Source of the DNA: Macrostomum lignano
Lineage: Eukaryota
Length of the DNA: 64,000 nt
Reading direction: 5' to 3'
Assembly (NCBI GenBank): GCA_002269645.1
Contig: NIVC01000806.1
Span: 1-64,000 of the forward strand
Part shown: piece after piece, positions 47,892-59,100 of the stretch
Layout: each line of letters opens with the position of its first letter
Position numbering within the stretch: the stretch's first letter is position 1
Translations under genes and position numbers: made by a program
Notes under the pieces: model-generated
The model's database searches: none
What the model was told of the DNA's origin: nothing
The model's input: only the letters and a program-made list of their open reading frames with translations

Positions 47892-48406
47892 GGGGCTGTA
47901 GCCTAGTGGTCAGAGCGTCGGAATCACGACTGAAAGGTCACGGGTTCGATTCTCGACACACTTGAAGCTATTTGTGTCCTTGAGCAAGACTATGGACTTC
48001 TGCGGTATAAATTTAACATCGAACTGGTGCTGGCGCCCCTGGTTCTGGCACCCCTGGTGCTAAATCCCCTGGTGCTAAATCCCCTGGTGCTAAAGCCCCT
48101 GGTGCTAAAGCCCCTGGTGCTAAAGCCCCTGGTGCTAAAGCCCCTGGTGCTAAAGCCCCTGGTGCTAAAGCCCCTGGTGCTAAAGCCCCTGGTGCTAAAG
48201 CCCCTGGTGCTAAAGCCCCTGGTGCTAAAGCCCCTGGTGCTAAAGCCCCTGGTGCTAAAGCCCCTGGTGCTAAAGCCCCTGGTGCTAAAGCCCCAGTACC
48301 ACCAAAATAGTTTGAATGGTTCTATTATTTGGTAAATTTATATTTTAGAAGTCCCTGGTAAGAAAGACACCCCAACTCTGCATTGCTTCAGTTCACCCAG
48401 CTGGGG
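47892..48406 (+). mobile_element. tRNA-derived SINE (family A) interrupted by a 15-bp minisatellite
   Basis: Head GGGGCTGTAGCCTAGTGGTCAGAGCGTCGGAATCACGACTGAAAGGTCACGGGTTCGATTC matches the 850-917 copy. (CCCCTGGTGCTAAAG)n lies at 48025-48295 and the body resumes near 48370. Confidence 0.7.
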
Positions 48407-48703
48407 TAATTGATTGAGGGTTCAGATGCTGTTAAAATTACTAAATATTAATATTGTTTGTAAACATTATCCACGCCACTGAAAATACTGCATACGAGAA
48501 AAACGTCTTGAACATTTAGGATGGTAAATAAATCCTCTCTTACAAATGACCGTCAGTAATATAATTATGTTTTTATTTGATGCTTTTCAAGCATTGCAAT
48601 TGGCAATATAGAAAGTTAAGCCATTGTTTCTGTTGCAATAACTATAGGTAACTAAGGTCACGTTAGCTGCGTAGAACATGCATCAGCCGCTAGGACGTCA
48701 TCT

Positions 48704-49380
48704 TCAACCCCGCCAGGCATTCTCAGCCGGGGTCCCATAACAGGACGCCGGATGCATGAAGAAGTTCCGGCAGAGTTTCGAGCGTTTCATTGCCTGTCGA
48801 AGCTCCTGACTCTTCCAGTTGGCGCTGATGCCGGCAGGAATAGGTGGCGAATTTCTCCGATACTTCGCATAGGCCCGAGCAGGAGCCGGTATGAACTGGA
48901 ACTCGATGAAATTTGAAGTAGCAAACATTGAAGTCACTACTGATTAAACTATAATAAGAGCGACAAACGTGGAAAACTAAAGTAGAAGGACGCACTTTTA
49001 GCGACATTGTCACACAACCAGCGAGAGGCATTGCTGCCCATTCCGCCGACTCCCCCTGAGCAGGCACACAAGCGCGCGGATGCGTACGCAGTCATACGCA
49101 CAGGCATATGGCGTCAGGCATGTACCTATGTTGTCTTGGGGGTTGGCCCTCGAGGACGTTAATTGCACGAGCCGAGCCAAGCTTCTACCGATCTTTCTAT
49201 CTTCCCATTGTCGCTGTTGTGCCTCATACTTATTTGGCAGTGCTATAAAGGGTTGTTGTACGAGTAATACGGACTTACGATGCCGAACTTGCGATCTTCG
49301 GGCAGCGCCAGAGCTTCTTGGGCAGCCACCGCCAAGAGTCCAAGAGCAACCAGCACAAGTAGAGCAAATCTGCAACTCAT
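48704..49380 (-). CDS. Secreted neuropeptide precursor (97 aa) with a somatostatin/allatostatin-C-like disulfide peptide
   Basis: Exon 1, 49380-49279 (MSCRFALLVLVALGLLAVAAQEALALPEDRKFGI|GTAAGT), joins in phase 0 to exon 2, 48895-48704 (CAG|FIPAPARAYAKYRR...QAMKR-SKLCRNFFMHPASCYGTPAENAWRG*). Signal peptide, RR and KR dibasic sites and one Cys pair. Confidence 0.75.
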
Positions 49381-50699
49381 AATTCCTTTGAGAGTCTGGT
49401 TGCGCCGGAGAATGAGTCGCTGTGAACAAGTCATTTTTAGGGCAGAAGATTTGCCAATTTTTATAGATTTGAAAGATCAAAGGCGTCGGACCGCCCACGG
49501 AACTGCTGGGCCTCTGCTGTTTGCGGATTCCGATAAACTGGATTATTTTTCAGTTTTTTTGGAAACCTTCAAAAAATTCCTGACAATTCGTAACACAATG
49601 CTTTTGCGCAAATATGGAAGCAAAATTTCGGATCGGATGAAGATGAAATGCCCGTTTTGTTACATTGCATGCAGGATCTTTTGCTACAATATCGATTTTT
49701 TTATTCTGAGAGATTTGTCCAGGCTCAATTGATGATGGATTGGGTTGCTTGCGCAGAACCGTCTTTTGCGGGCTTGTAGCTAAGGTTAAGCAAGGGTTCT
49801 GGGGCGCTGTCCCAACCAGCTAGGAGGCAAAGAAGTCATGTCCTGTCGCTTATCCATATGCCTCTTGAGCAGGCACTCGCTCACACAGGGTTTACAGCGG
49901 CTCTGCCTTTCTAATCGTCAGGGCATGTACACTGTCGTGGCCCTCGTGAGCGAGAATCACATTTAAATACGAGCTCCATGGGTAGGCCAATATTCTTGTA
50001 CTCAAAATGGCTTGTTTCTTCACTTTATCTCTCGAGAAACTTCTGCAATCAGAGTTTGTAATGTATACCTACCGTCCTAATTAGTCACTGATCTCATAAT
50101 CTCGGATCGCAGGTTAAACACAGAAGCTGTTCACCAACACTTCCTACTAATAGTAGCATTTAATGTCCTTATGTACGATAGCGATCCTCGTGTAGCGATA
50201 AGAGTGGAGAGACAGACCCAAGAGCTGAGTAAAGAGTGGAGAGGCTGATTCAAGAGCTGAGTAAGGAGCGGAGAGTCATCCGAGAGCTGAGCAGGATTCA
50301 AATTTTGGTAGAAAAATTAGAACCATAAAGGGCATATTGCAAATTCGCAGTCAGACAGAATGCTCAGACTTCACACACTAAGCCTAAGGCTATAGACGTT
50401 CTCAGACTCTTGAATAGAATTGCTTGTCAGATTCGCCAACCTAAACTGTCCTGGGAAACAAAAACAATGAGGATGGCAAGACCATAAAGATATTCCTTAG
50501 GAGATGGAGACCCGCCGCTCCCCGTGAAATTCATTGAATTTTTTTAAGTTTCGAGTTTTAAATTAAAAACCTCACTGCAGACGGTAGTGTTTTACCCAAT
50601 TACTCAAGAAGACAGACTGCCAAGGTTTACTGAGGGAAATGCTGTGTCTCATGAGGGAATTTTTGAGATTAATGTGCAGGGGAATCGATTAGATATAAC

Positions 50700-52060
50700 A
50701 ACAAAGCCCGTCCCGTTGGCAGTGTCGGGCGCCCCAGCGTCGCGTAGCAGGCAGTCCACGTATCGACGGGTTTGAGCCTGACCCCGCCTGAACGGGCCCT
50801 GCAAGGTGAGCAGCAAAAGTCCTGAGCAGGTTGGGGGTAGGAGTTCTCGGCCCGGATTATGTGGCCCGCCAGTTGAAGACGCCGCCGGCGCAGGATGGTG
50901 GACGGGCGCTGTTGGCCCGATCGTACAGGGCCTCGGTCCCGACGCTCTCGTCAGCTCGAAAGGCCGCACGGAGCAGCCCTGAGTGCGCCGAGTGCAGCTG
51001 CCGCTCTAGCCTAGCCGTCAGCGTCCACTCTCAGCGTTGTAGAGCAGGACGGATCTACCACCGCCTGCAACAGCCGAGCCCTCTGGCGGTCGGGCAGCGC
51101 TTCGGACTGGAGGACGGCTCGGATCGAACGGAAGGCCGCCCAGGCAAGTCCTCTGCGCCGCCGGAGGTCTTCCTCCACGTGAGACACCAGACCGCCGAGG
51201 TAGGTGAACCGCTGGCAGCGTGCGAGCCTGGTCGTCTGCCCGTCTGCGCCGCGGCACGTCAGGTCCGTTGGGATGTCGGCCGGCACAGTCAGCACCTCGG
51301 TCTTCAGCGTGTTGACAACCAGACCGACGCTCGATGCCACCTCGACGGGCCTGTCGATCTGGCGCTTGGCGCCTTCAACGGACGAGGAGAGGAGGGCGAG
51401 GTCGTCGGCGTAGCCAAGCACACTCAGGCGCTCAGATGCGTCTGCGCAGCAGGAAGCCGTCGTCAGAGGAGGGGAGTGCGGTCCGAAGCACCCAGTCCAG
51501 CAGCAGCACGAAGAGGAACGGCGCCAGCGTGTTGCCCTGCAGAACTCTTGATGAAGTGTCGAACAGACCACACAAACCGTTCGCCGTCACCACAGCAGCT
51601 TGAGTATCGCAAGTCTCAGAGCAGGAGTTGGTGGTCTGACCGGAGAGTCAGCGGAGCCATGGTGTCGCAGTTGGTGACGCGGCGGCGCTCGCGAGCGCGA
51701 ATCAGCGCATGATCGAGTTGCGCCAGTCTCCTAGTGGCGTTCCGCCCGCGTGCGTTCCGTCAGCTTCTCTTGCAGCCCGAAAAGGTAGCCAGGCGGGCAG
51801 GGGGCTTGCGGAACTGGGTGTTCGCGGACACCGGGTCCAGCCGGTCAAGCGGGTCCTCTAGCGCATCGGTGTTGGCGTTCTCGCGTCCCGCAACAAAGGG
51901 CGAGCGCTCGGACCTCCGCGGGACTGCGTTCAGGTCTCCGAGCACAGCCAGGGTGTCGCGGTTTGGCACTTCTTCCGGCTGCCCAGCCAGAAAGTCGAAG
52001 GCTCAAGCCTCCTCGGGGTGAGCAGCTAGTGGTGGGTGCATACGCGCAGAACAGCCAAAC
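50700..52060 (-). mobile_element. Second decayed, internally deleted copy of the RTE-like LINE
   Basis: Minus-strand LAVLGDLNAV (APE), QGNTLAPFLFVLLLDWVL, LGYADDLALL (RT) and C-terminal TLQGPFRRGQAQTRRYVDCLLRDAG. Clearly homologous to 3810-6075. Confidence 0.88.
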
Positions 52061-52657
52061 GTCAAAAGGACTGAAAGAGTTTAGAGGTTAAGCCATGGCT
52101 CCAACGTAGAAGCTCAAAGGAGATGCTGACATCTTAGGCTGGACAGCTAACTTTCAGGGTGGTGCCTTTTTGCTTTAAAAATTTTCGGCCTTCGGTCCTC
52201 TGGCCGGACCCACTTCGAACTCTGAGCGGAAGATCGCGTCTTCGTTGGGATCGACCCGTCCCCAGGCAGACACAATGCAGTACGAATCTCCAGCCCTCTA
52301 ATAAATAACGCAGCTCACTCAACTATCTACATGCATAGTTCATTTAAATATTTATTACTTTCTTTTTTGCCTCCCAACACGGGGCGGGGCGCAGATTGCT
52401 AGTGTAATGCTGAAACTTCCAGTGAAAATATCAGACAGACTTTATAATTGCGGAATAAATGTATTGAAATTTAGCTCAACTCGATATTGCTCAAATATTC
52501 AAGAATAAAGTTTCTGGAATTCACTTTCAAAGGAATGCGCCACGTGACGCAGCCAAGAGATCCCGCAACCTCAGCATAAATTGGTTCAGCAAATACCCAA
52601 AACAGCCAACCACAGTCAGGCCCGACCTGTTCAACATTCACTCTGCAGGCATTCAGC

Positions 52658-55600
52658 ATGCGGCTTCTTCTGTTCGTTTCGGTCTTCATTCTGGCAGCTT
52701 CCGGCACCTCCGGGTCTGAGCTGGGTGAGTTTGAGATGCGCCTCATCTGAGCTGGGTGAGTTTGAGATGCGCCTCACCTGAGCTGGGTGAGTTTGAGATG
52801 CGCCTCATCTGAGCTGGGTGAGTTTTCATCTGAGCTGGGTGAGTTTTCATCTGAGCTGGGTGAGTTTGAGATGCGCCTTACCTGAGCTGGGTGAGTTTGA
52901 GATACGCCTCATCTGAGCTGGGTGAGTTTGAGATGCGCCTTACCTGAGCTGGGTGAGTTTGAGGTGCGCCTCACCTGAGCTGGGTGAGTTTGAGATGCGC
53001 CTTACCTGAGCTGGGTGAGTTTGAGGTGCGCCTTACCTTAGCTGGGTGAGTTTGAGATACGCCTGTGAGCTGCAACTATCTACATGCATGCTGAAACGAT
53101 CAGCTCAGCCGGCCTCTAAGACAGAAAATGCGATTTCACCAAGTCTTGATTTCCCTTGAGTGAGCTCTGCAGTAGCCGACCCACTAATTACTGTACATCA
53201 GGTTACATCAGGGTTAGGTTCGAGCCATGGCTTAAGATGAGTTGCTGAGCTGTCGAGACTCAGAAGTGGTGCTGTTACATGCATCTGAGGCTGGAAAGCT
53301 GGCTTTCAGGACTGGTGATTTTTTACTTTAACATATTTTTTAAGAATCTTTAAGATGGGACCAGGAGCTCTAGTGACTGTGCGAGTCTTTCTGTGTGAGT
53401 TCACGTTAGAACATTTGACGCAGGCAAATGGCTGCATGTCTCTGTTGCAGAGCACCCGAAATGTAAGTTCATCATCAATTCACCAATGTATAATATTGTC
53501 GTGCTATTGAAAGTGCAAACGCTTTACTCAACCTTTTGAATGTTTGGTTATTTACACTGGTGTTGGGACAATGGCAGAAACAGACCTCACGCTCACTCAT
53601 AAATTTACCCAATTAATGAGCGTCAGAGCACGAGCTCTGGCCGAACCCACTTTGAACTCTGAGCTGAAGATCGCGTCTTCGTTGGGATCGACCCGTCCCC
53701 AGGCACACACAATGCAGTACGAATCTCCTGCCCTCTAAGAAATAACGCAGCTCACTCAACATGCTCTTGGATTCCACGAGTCCGACAGGCAAGCGAGCGA
53801 CGGGCTTGGTTGCACGGAGCGCTGAGTAGTATCGTAGTTGACTGACTCAGCTGAGTGAGCTCTCGATCGTCTGAGTTTATCTGAGGATCTGAGTCTGAGT
53901 AGACTCTGTGCACCACCCACCATCCATGCCATCAAGCTCGACACACAAATCATATAAATATTGTGCACTGTTTCATCCTATTTCACCCTTGGGTGCACCG
54001 ACCCCGACTACAACTGACTGGCGACTGTAGCGCCCTTCCACTTTACTTGTCCCTGAGTTTGAGCATGAGCAGTTCGCTTTCTTATTCGATTTTGTTTAAT
54101 TATACGAATTTAAATTTCAGTAAACTGAAAGGTTGCTACTATGAGGGCACTAGCGCATATAATTTGGAACGTCCTGTGTTTGTCATCAGCGAGTCAATGA
54201 CAATTGATAGCTGTCAGAAAAGCTGCAATCTCACTACTAATCCCTACTTTGGAGTAGCAAGAGGAACAGAATGCTTCTGTGGCAAAAAGACAGCTCATAT
54301 GAAAAGGTATCTACACTATTGTCATAGGAGATGTCCGGGAAACCCAACGCAGATCTGCGGTGGTAAAGACTCGATGATTGTGTACGAGCAGCCCGCTGCA
54401 CTCGTTAAAACCTCTATTGGTGAGAATATTATAATTAATGTTAATGTCTGGAGTGTACGATGGATAGATCCACTCTTGATCGTGCACGTGCAGAGCGATT
54501 TCAATTCGTCAGTTGCTTGTTTTAATTTACGCGTGTCTACTTTTTGTAGAAAGCATAGCTTCAAAAAGTTGAATACCTCAAAAATACCTCCACGAATTAG
54601 ATATAGGAACCATCCATCCACCATCCAGGAAGCATCTACCAAAAGCAAACCGACATAGTTGTTGGAGAGCCAACAGAGAATGCAACAAAAGATCGAACAA
54701 AAAACATGTAGCTTCTGACCTCTGAGTCTTGACATCTCAGCAATTTCTTTGTAAGCCTTGAAATCTTAGCGATCCCCCTAAAAGCATTGACATCTGCGCA
54801 ATTCCACTCTTGACACCTCAGCGATTCCTCCCGTAAGCCTCGACTTTCCAGCAATTCCCCCAGGATGGATGGATGGATGGATGGATGGATGGATGGATGG
54901 ATGGATGGATGGATCAATGGTTGAAAGTGATAGTAAACTGCAGCCGACAGTCAAATTGTGGCAGTCTATTGCAGCTGACAGTCAAATCAAACAAATTGTA
55001 ATTTCACCAAGACTTGAGCACTGTACTGAGCTCAGTAGCCGACCTGCTATTGACATGTATGATAATTCTGAAATACCTATTATCCATTTTAAATTTCACC
55101 CCAAGTAACTTGCTGTCTCTTGTTGCAGAGCACCCGAAATGTAAGTTAATCATCAATCTACCAATGTATGATTATAATTTCCTTCATGGTATTTAAAGTG
55201 CAAACTCTTTACTCAACCTTTTGAATTTTTAATAAATTTAAACTTGTGTGCGACAATGGCAGAAACAGACCTCACTGTCACTCATAAATTTACCCAATTA
55301 ATGAGCGTCAGAGCAAGAGCTCAAGGTACCTTCGGTCCTCTGGCCGGACCCACTTCGAACTCTGAGCGGAAGATCGCGTATTCGTTGGAATCGACCCGTC
55401 CCCAGGCAGACACAATACAGTACGAATCTCCAGCCCTCTAAGAAATAACGCAGCTCACTCAACATGCTCTTGGATTCCACGAGTCCGACAGGCGAGCGAC
55501 AGGGCTTGGTTGCACGGAGCGCTGAGTAGTATCGTAGTTGACTGACTCAGCTGAGTGAGCTCTCTATCGTCTGAGTTTATCTGAGTATCTGAGTCTGAGT

Positions 55601-55966
55601 AGACTCTGCGCCCCACCTCAATACGCAACCTCGAACTCAACACAAAAATGTTTAACCCTTTGCATTAAAACTTCAGTTAAACTGGAGGGTTGCTTCTTTG
55701 TTGCCGAGCAGCCAGACAACCGCTACATCAGATCATCCAGCGAGTCAATGACAATAGACAGATGCTACAATGACTGCATTGACTTAGTTTATCGCGGGAG
55801 GCCCACGTACTTTGGAGTTGAAAATAGAACACGTTGCATTTGCCAGTTTACGGTATTGTCCACGAATGGTATTTATTTACAATATTGCGATAACAAATGT
55901 CCTGGAGATTCGAAGCAGATCTGCGGTGCACCTCGGACCGCGGTGGTGTACGAGCATCCGAAATAA
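52658..55966 (+). CDS. Secreted two-WSC-domain protein with 12-nt microexons (one phase conflict unresolved)
   Basis: Signal-peptide exon 52658-52724 ([22 protein letters not shown]), microexons 53451-53462 and 55129-55140, and WSC exons 54121-54419 and 55677-55966 (GCY/F...MTIDxC..C...YFGV..T.C.C...C...CPG...ICG..VYE). Confidence 0.7.
52715..53070. repeat. 31-bp tandem repeat derived from the exon-1/intron-1 junction of the WSC gene
   Basis: (CTGAGCTGGGTGAGTTTGAGATGCGCCTCAT)n. Confidence 0.93.
54865..54914. repeat. (GGAT)n microsatellite
   Basis: Direct reading. Confidence 0.95.
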
Positions 55967-56164
55967 CTGAGTACTGCTTCGTTTGTCAGAGTAGTAACTG
56001 ACTTGTAAAGACAAATTGATAACAAACTTGAACGAATAATATACTCTGATACATCATTAAAAAACTTGGATGATTCTAATTATTGAAAAAAAATTCAAAC
56101 GAAGTACAATGTTTTTCCATTTTTTAAAGTCTTTGCTTGAATTAAAGCGCTGGAGCTGAGCTGC

Positions 56165-59100
56165 AGAGCTGATGAAAAACCAGTCAAGCTGATGAAAAAC
56201 CAGTCAAGCTGATAAAAAACCAGTCAAGCTGATGAAAAACCAATCAAGCTGATGAAAAACCAGTCAAGCTGATGAAAAACCAGTCAAGCTGATGAAAAAC
56301 CAGTCAAGCTGATGAAAAACCAGTCAAGCTGATGAAAAACCAGTCAAGCTGATGAAAAACCAATCAAGCTGATGAAAAACCAGTCAAGCTGATGAAAAAC
56401 CAGTCAAGCTGATGAAAAACCAGTCAAGCTGATGAAAAACCAGTCAAGCTGATGAAAAACCAATCAAGCTGATGAAGAGCCAATCAAGCTGATAAAAAGC
56501 CAGTCAAGCTGATGAAAAGTCAATCAAGCTAATAAAAAGCCAGTCAAGCTGATGAAAAGCCAATCAATCTGATAAAAAGCCATTCAAGCTGATGAAGAGC
56601 CAATCAAGCTGATAAAAAGCCAGTCAAGCTGATGAAAAGTCAATCAAGCTGATAAAAAGTCTTTCAAGCTGATGAAAAGCCAATCAAGCTGATAAAAAGC
56701 CATTCAAGCTGATAAAAAGCCAATCAAGCTGATAAAAAGCCAGTCAAGCTGATGAAAAGCCAATCAAGCTGATAAAAGCCAATCAAGCTGATAAAAAGCC
56801 AATCAAGCTGATAAAAAGCCATTCAAGCTAATAAAAAGTCTTTCAAGCTGATGAAGAGCCAATCAAGCTGATAAAAAGCCATTCAAGCTGATGAAGAGCC
56901 AATCAAGCTGATAAAAAGCCAGTCAAGCTGATGAAAAGCCAATCAAGCTGATGAAAAGCCAATCAAGCTGATGAAGAGCCAATCAAGCTGATGAAAAGCC
57001 AATCAAGCTGATGAAGAGCCAATCAAGCTGATAAAAAGTCTTTCAAGCTGATGAAGAGCCACTCAAGCTGATAAAAAGCCATTCAAGCTGATGAAGAGCC
57101 AATCAAGCTGATAAAAAGCCAGTCAAGCTGATGAAGAGCCAATCAAGCTGATAAAAAGTCTTTCAAGCTGATGAAGAGCCAATCAAGCTGATAAAAAGCC
57201 ATTCAAGCTGATGAAGAGCCAATCAAGCTGATAAAAGTTTTTCAAGCTGATGAAGAGCCAATCAAGCTGATAAAAAGCCATTCAAGCTGATGAAGAGCCA
57301 ATCAAGCTGATAAAAAGCCAGTCAAGCTGATGAAAAGCCAATCAAGCTGATAAAAAGCCAGTCAAGCTGATGAAAAGCCAATCAATCTGATAAAAAGCCA
57401 TTCAAGCTGATGAAGAGCCAATCAAGCTGATAAAAAGCCAGTCAAGCTGATGAAAAACCAGTCAAGCTGATAAAAAACCAGTCAAGCTGATGAAAAACCA
57501 GTCAAGCTGATGAAAAACCAGTCAAGCTGATGAAAAACCAGTCAAGCTGATGAAAAACCAGTCAAGCTGATGAAAAACCAGTCAAGCTGATGAAAAACCA
57601 ATCAAGCTGATGAAAAACCAATCAAGCTGATGAAAAGCCAATCAGGCTGATGAAAAGCCAATCAAGCTGATAAAAAGCCATTCAAGCTGATGAAGAGCCA
57701 ATCAAGCTGATAAAAGTCTTTCAAGCTGATGAAGAGCCAATCAAGCTGATAAAAAGCCAGTCAAGCTGATGAAAAGCCAATCAAGCTGATAAAAAGCCAG
57801 TCAAGCTGATGAAAAGCCAATCAATCTGATAAAAAGCCATTCAAGCTGATGAAGAGCCAATCAAGCTGATAAAAAGCCAGTCAAGCTGATGAAAAACCAG
57901 TCAAGCTGATGAAAAACCAGTCAAGCTGATGAAAAACCAGTCAAGCTGATGAAAAACCAATCAAGCTGATGAAAAACCAGTCAAGCTGATGAAAAACCAG
58001 TCAAGCTGATGAAAAACCAGTCAAGCTGATGAAAAACCAGTCAAGCTGATGAAAAACCAGTCAAGCTGATGAAAAACCAGTCAAGCTGATGAAAAACCAG
58101 TCAAGCTGATGAAAAACCAATCAAGCTGATGAAAAACCAATCAAGCTGATGAAAAACCAGTCAAGCTGATGAAAAACCAGTCAAGCTGATGAAAAACCAA
58201 TCAAGCTGATGAAAAACCAGTCAAGCTGATGAAAAACCAGTCAAGCTGATGAAAAACCAGTCAAGCTGATGAAAAGCCAATCAAGCTGATGAAAAGCCAG
58301 TCAAGCTGATGAAAAGCCAATCAAGCTAAAAAAAAGTCTTTCAAGCTGATGAAAAGCCAATCAAGCTGATAAAAAGCCATTCAAGCTGATAAAAAGCCAA
58401 TCAAGCTGATAAAAAGCCAGTAAAGCTGATGAAAAGCCAATCAAGCTGATAAAAAGCCAGTCAAGCTGATGAAAAGCCAATCAATCTGATAAAAAGCCAT
58501 TCAAGCTGATGAAGAGCCAATCAAGCTGATAAAAAGCCAGTCAAGCTGATGAAAAGTCAATCAAGCTGATAAAAAGTCTTTCAAGCTGATGAAAAGCCAA
58601 TCAAGCTGATAAAAAGCCATTCAAGCTGATAAAAAGCCAATCAAGCTGATAAAAAGCCAGTCAAGCTGATGAAAAGCCAATCAAGCTGATGAAAAGCCAA
58701 TCAAGCTGATAAAAAGCCAATCAAGCTGATAAAAAGCCAGTCAAGCTGATGAAAAGTCAATCAAGCTGATAAAAAGTCTTTCAAGCTGATGAAAAGCCAA
58801 TCAAGCTGATAAAAAGCCATTCAAGCTGATAAAAAGCCAATCAAGCTGATAAAAAGCCAGTCAAGCTGATGAAAAGCCAATCAAGCTGATGAAAAGCCAG
58901 TCAAGCTGATGAAAAGCCAATCAAGCTGATGAAAAGCCAATCAAGCTGATGAAAAACCAGTCAAGCTGATGAAAAACCAGTCAAGCTGATGAAAAACCAG
59001 TCAAGCTGATGAAAAACCAGTCAAGCTGATGAAAAACCAGTCAAGCTGATGAAAAACCAATCAAGCTGATGAAAAACCAGTCAAGCTGATGAAAAACCAG

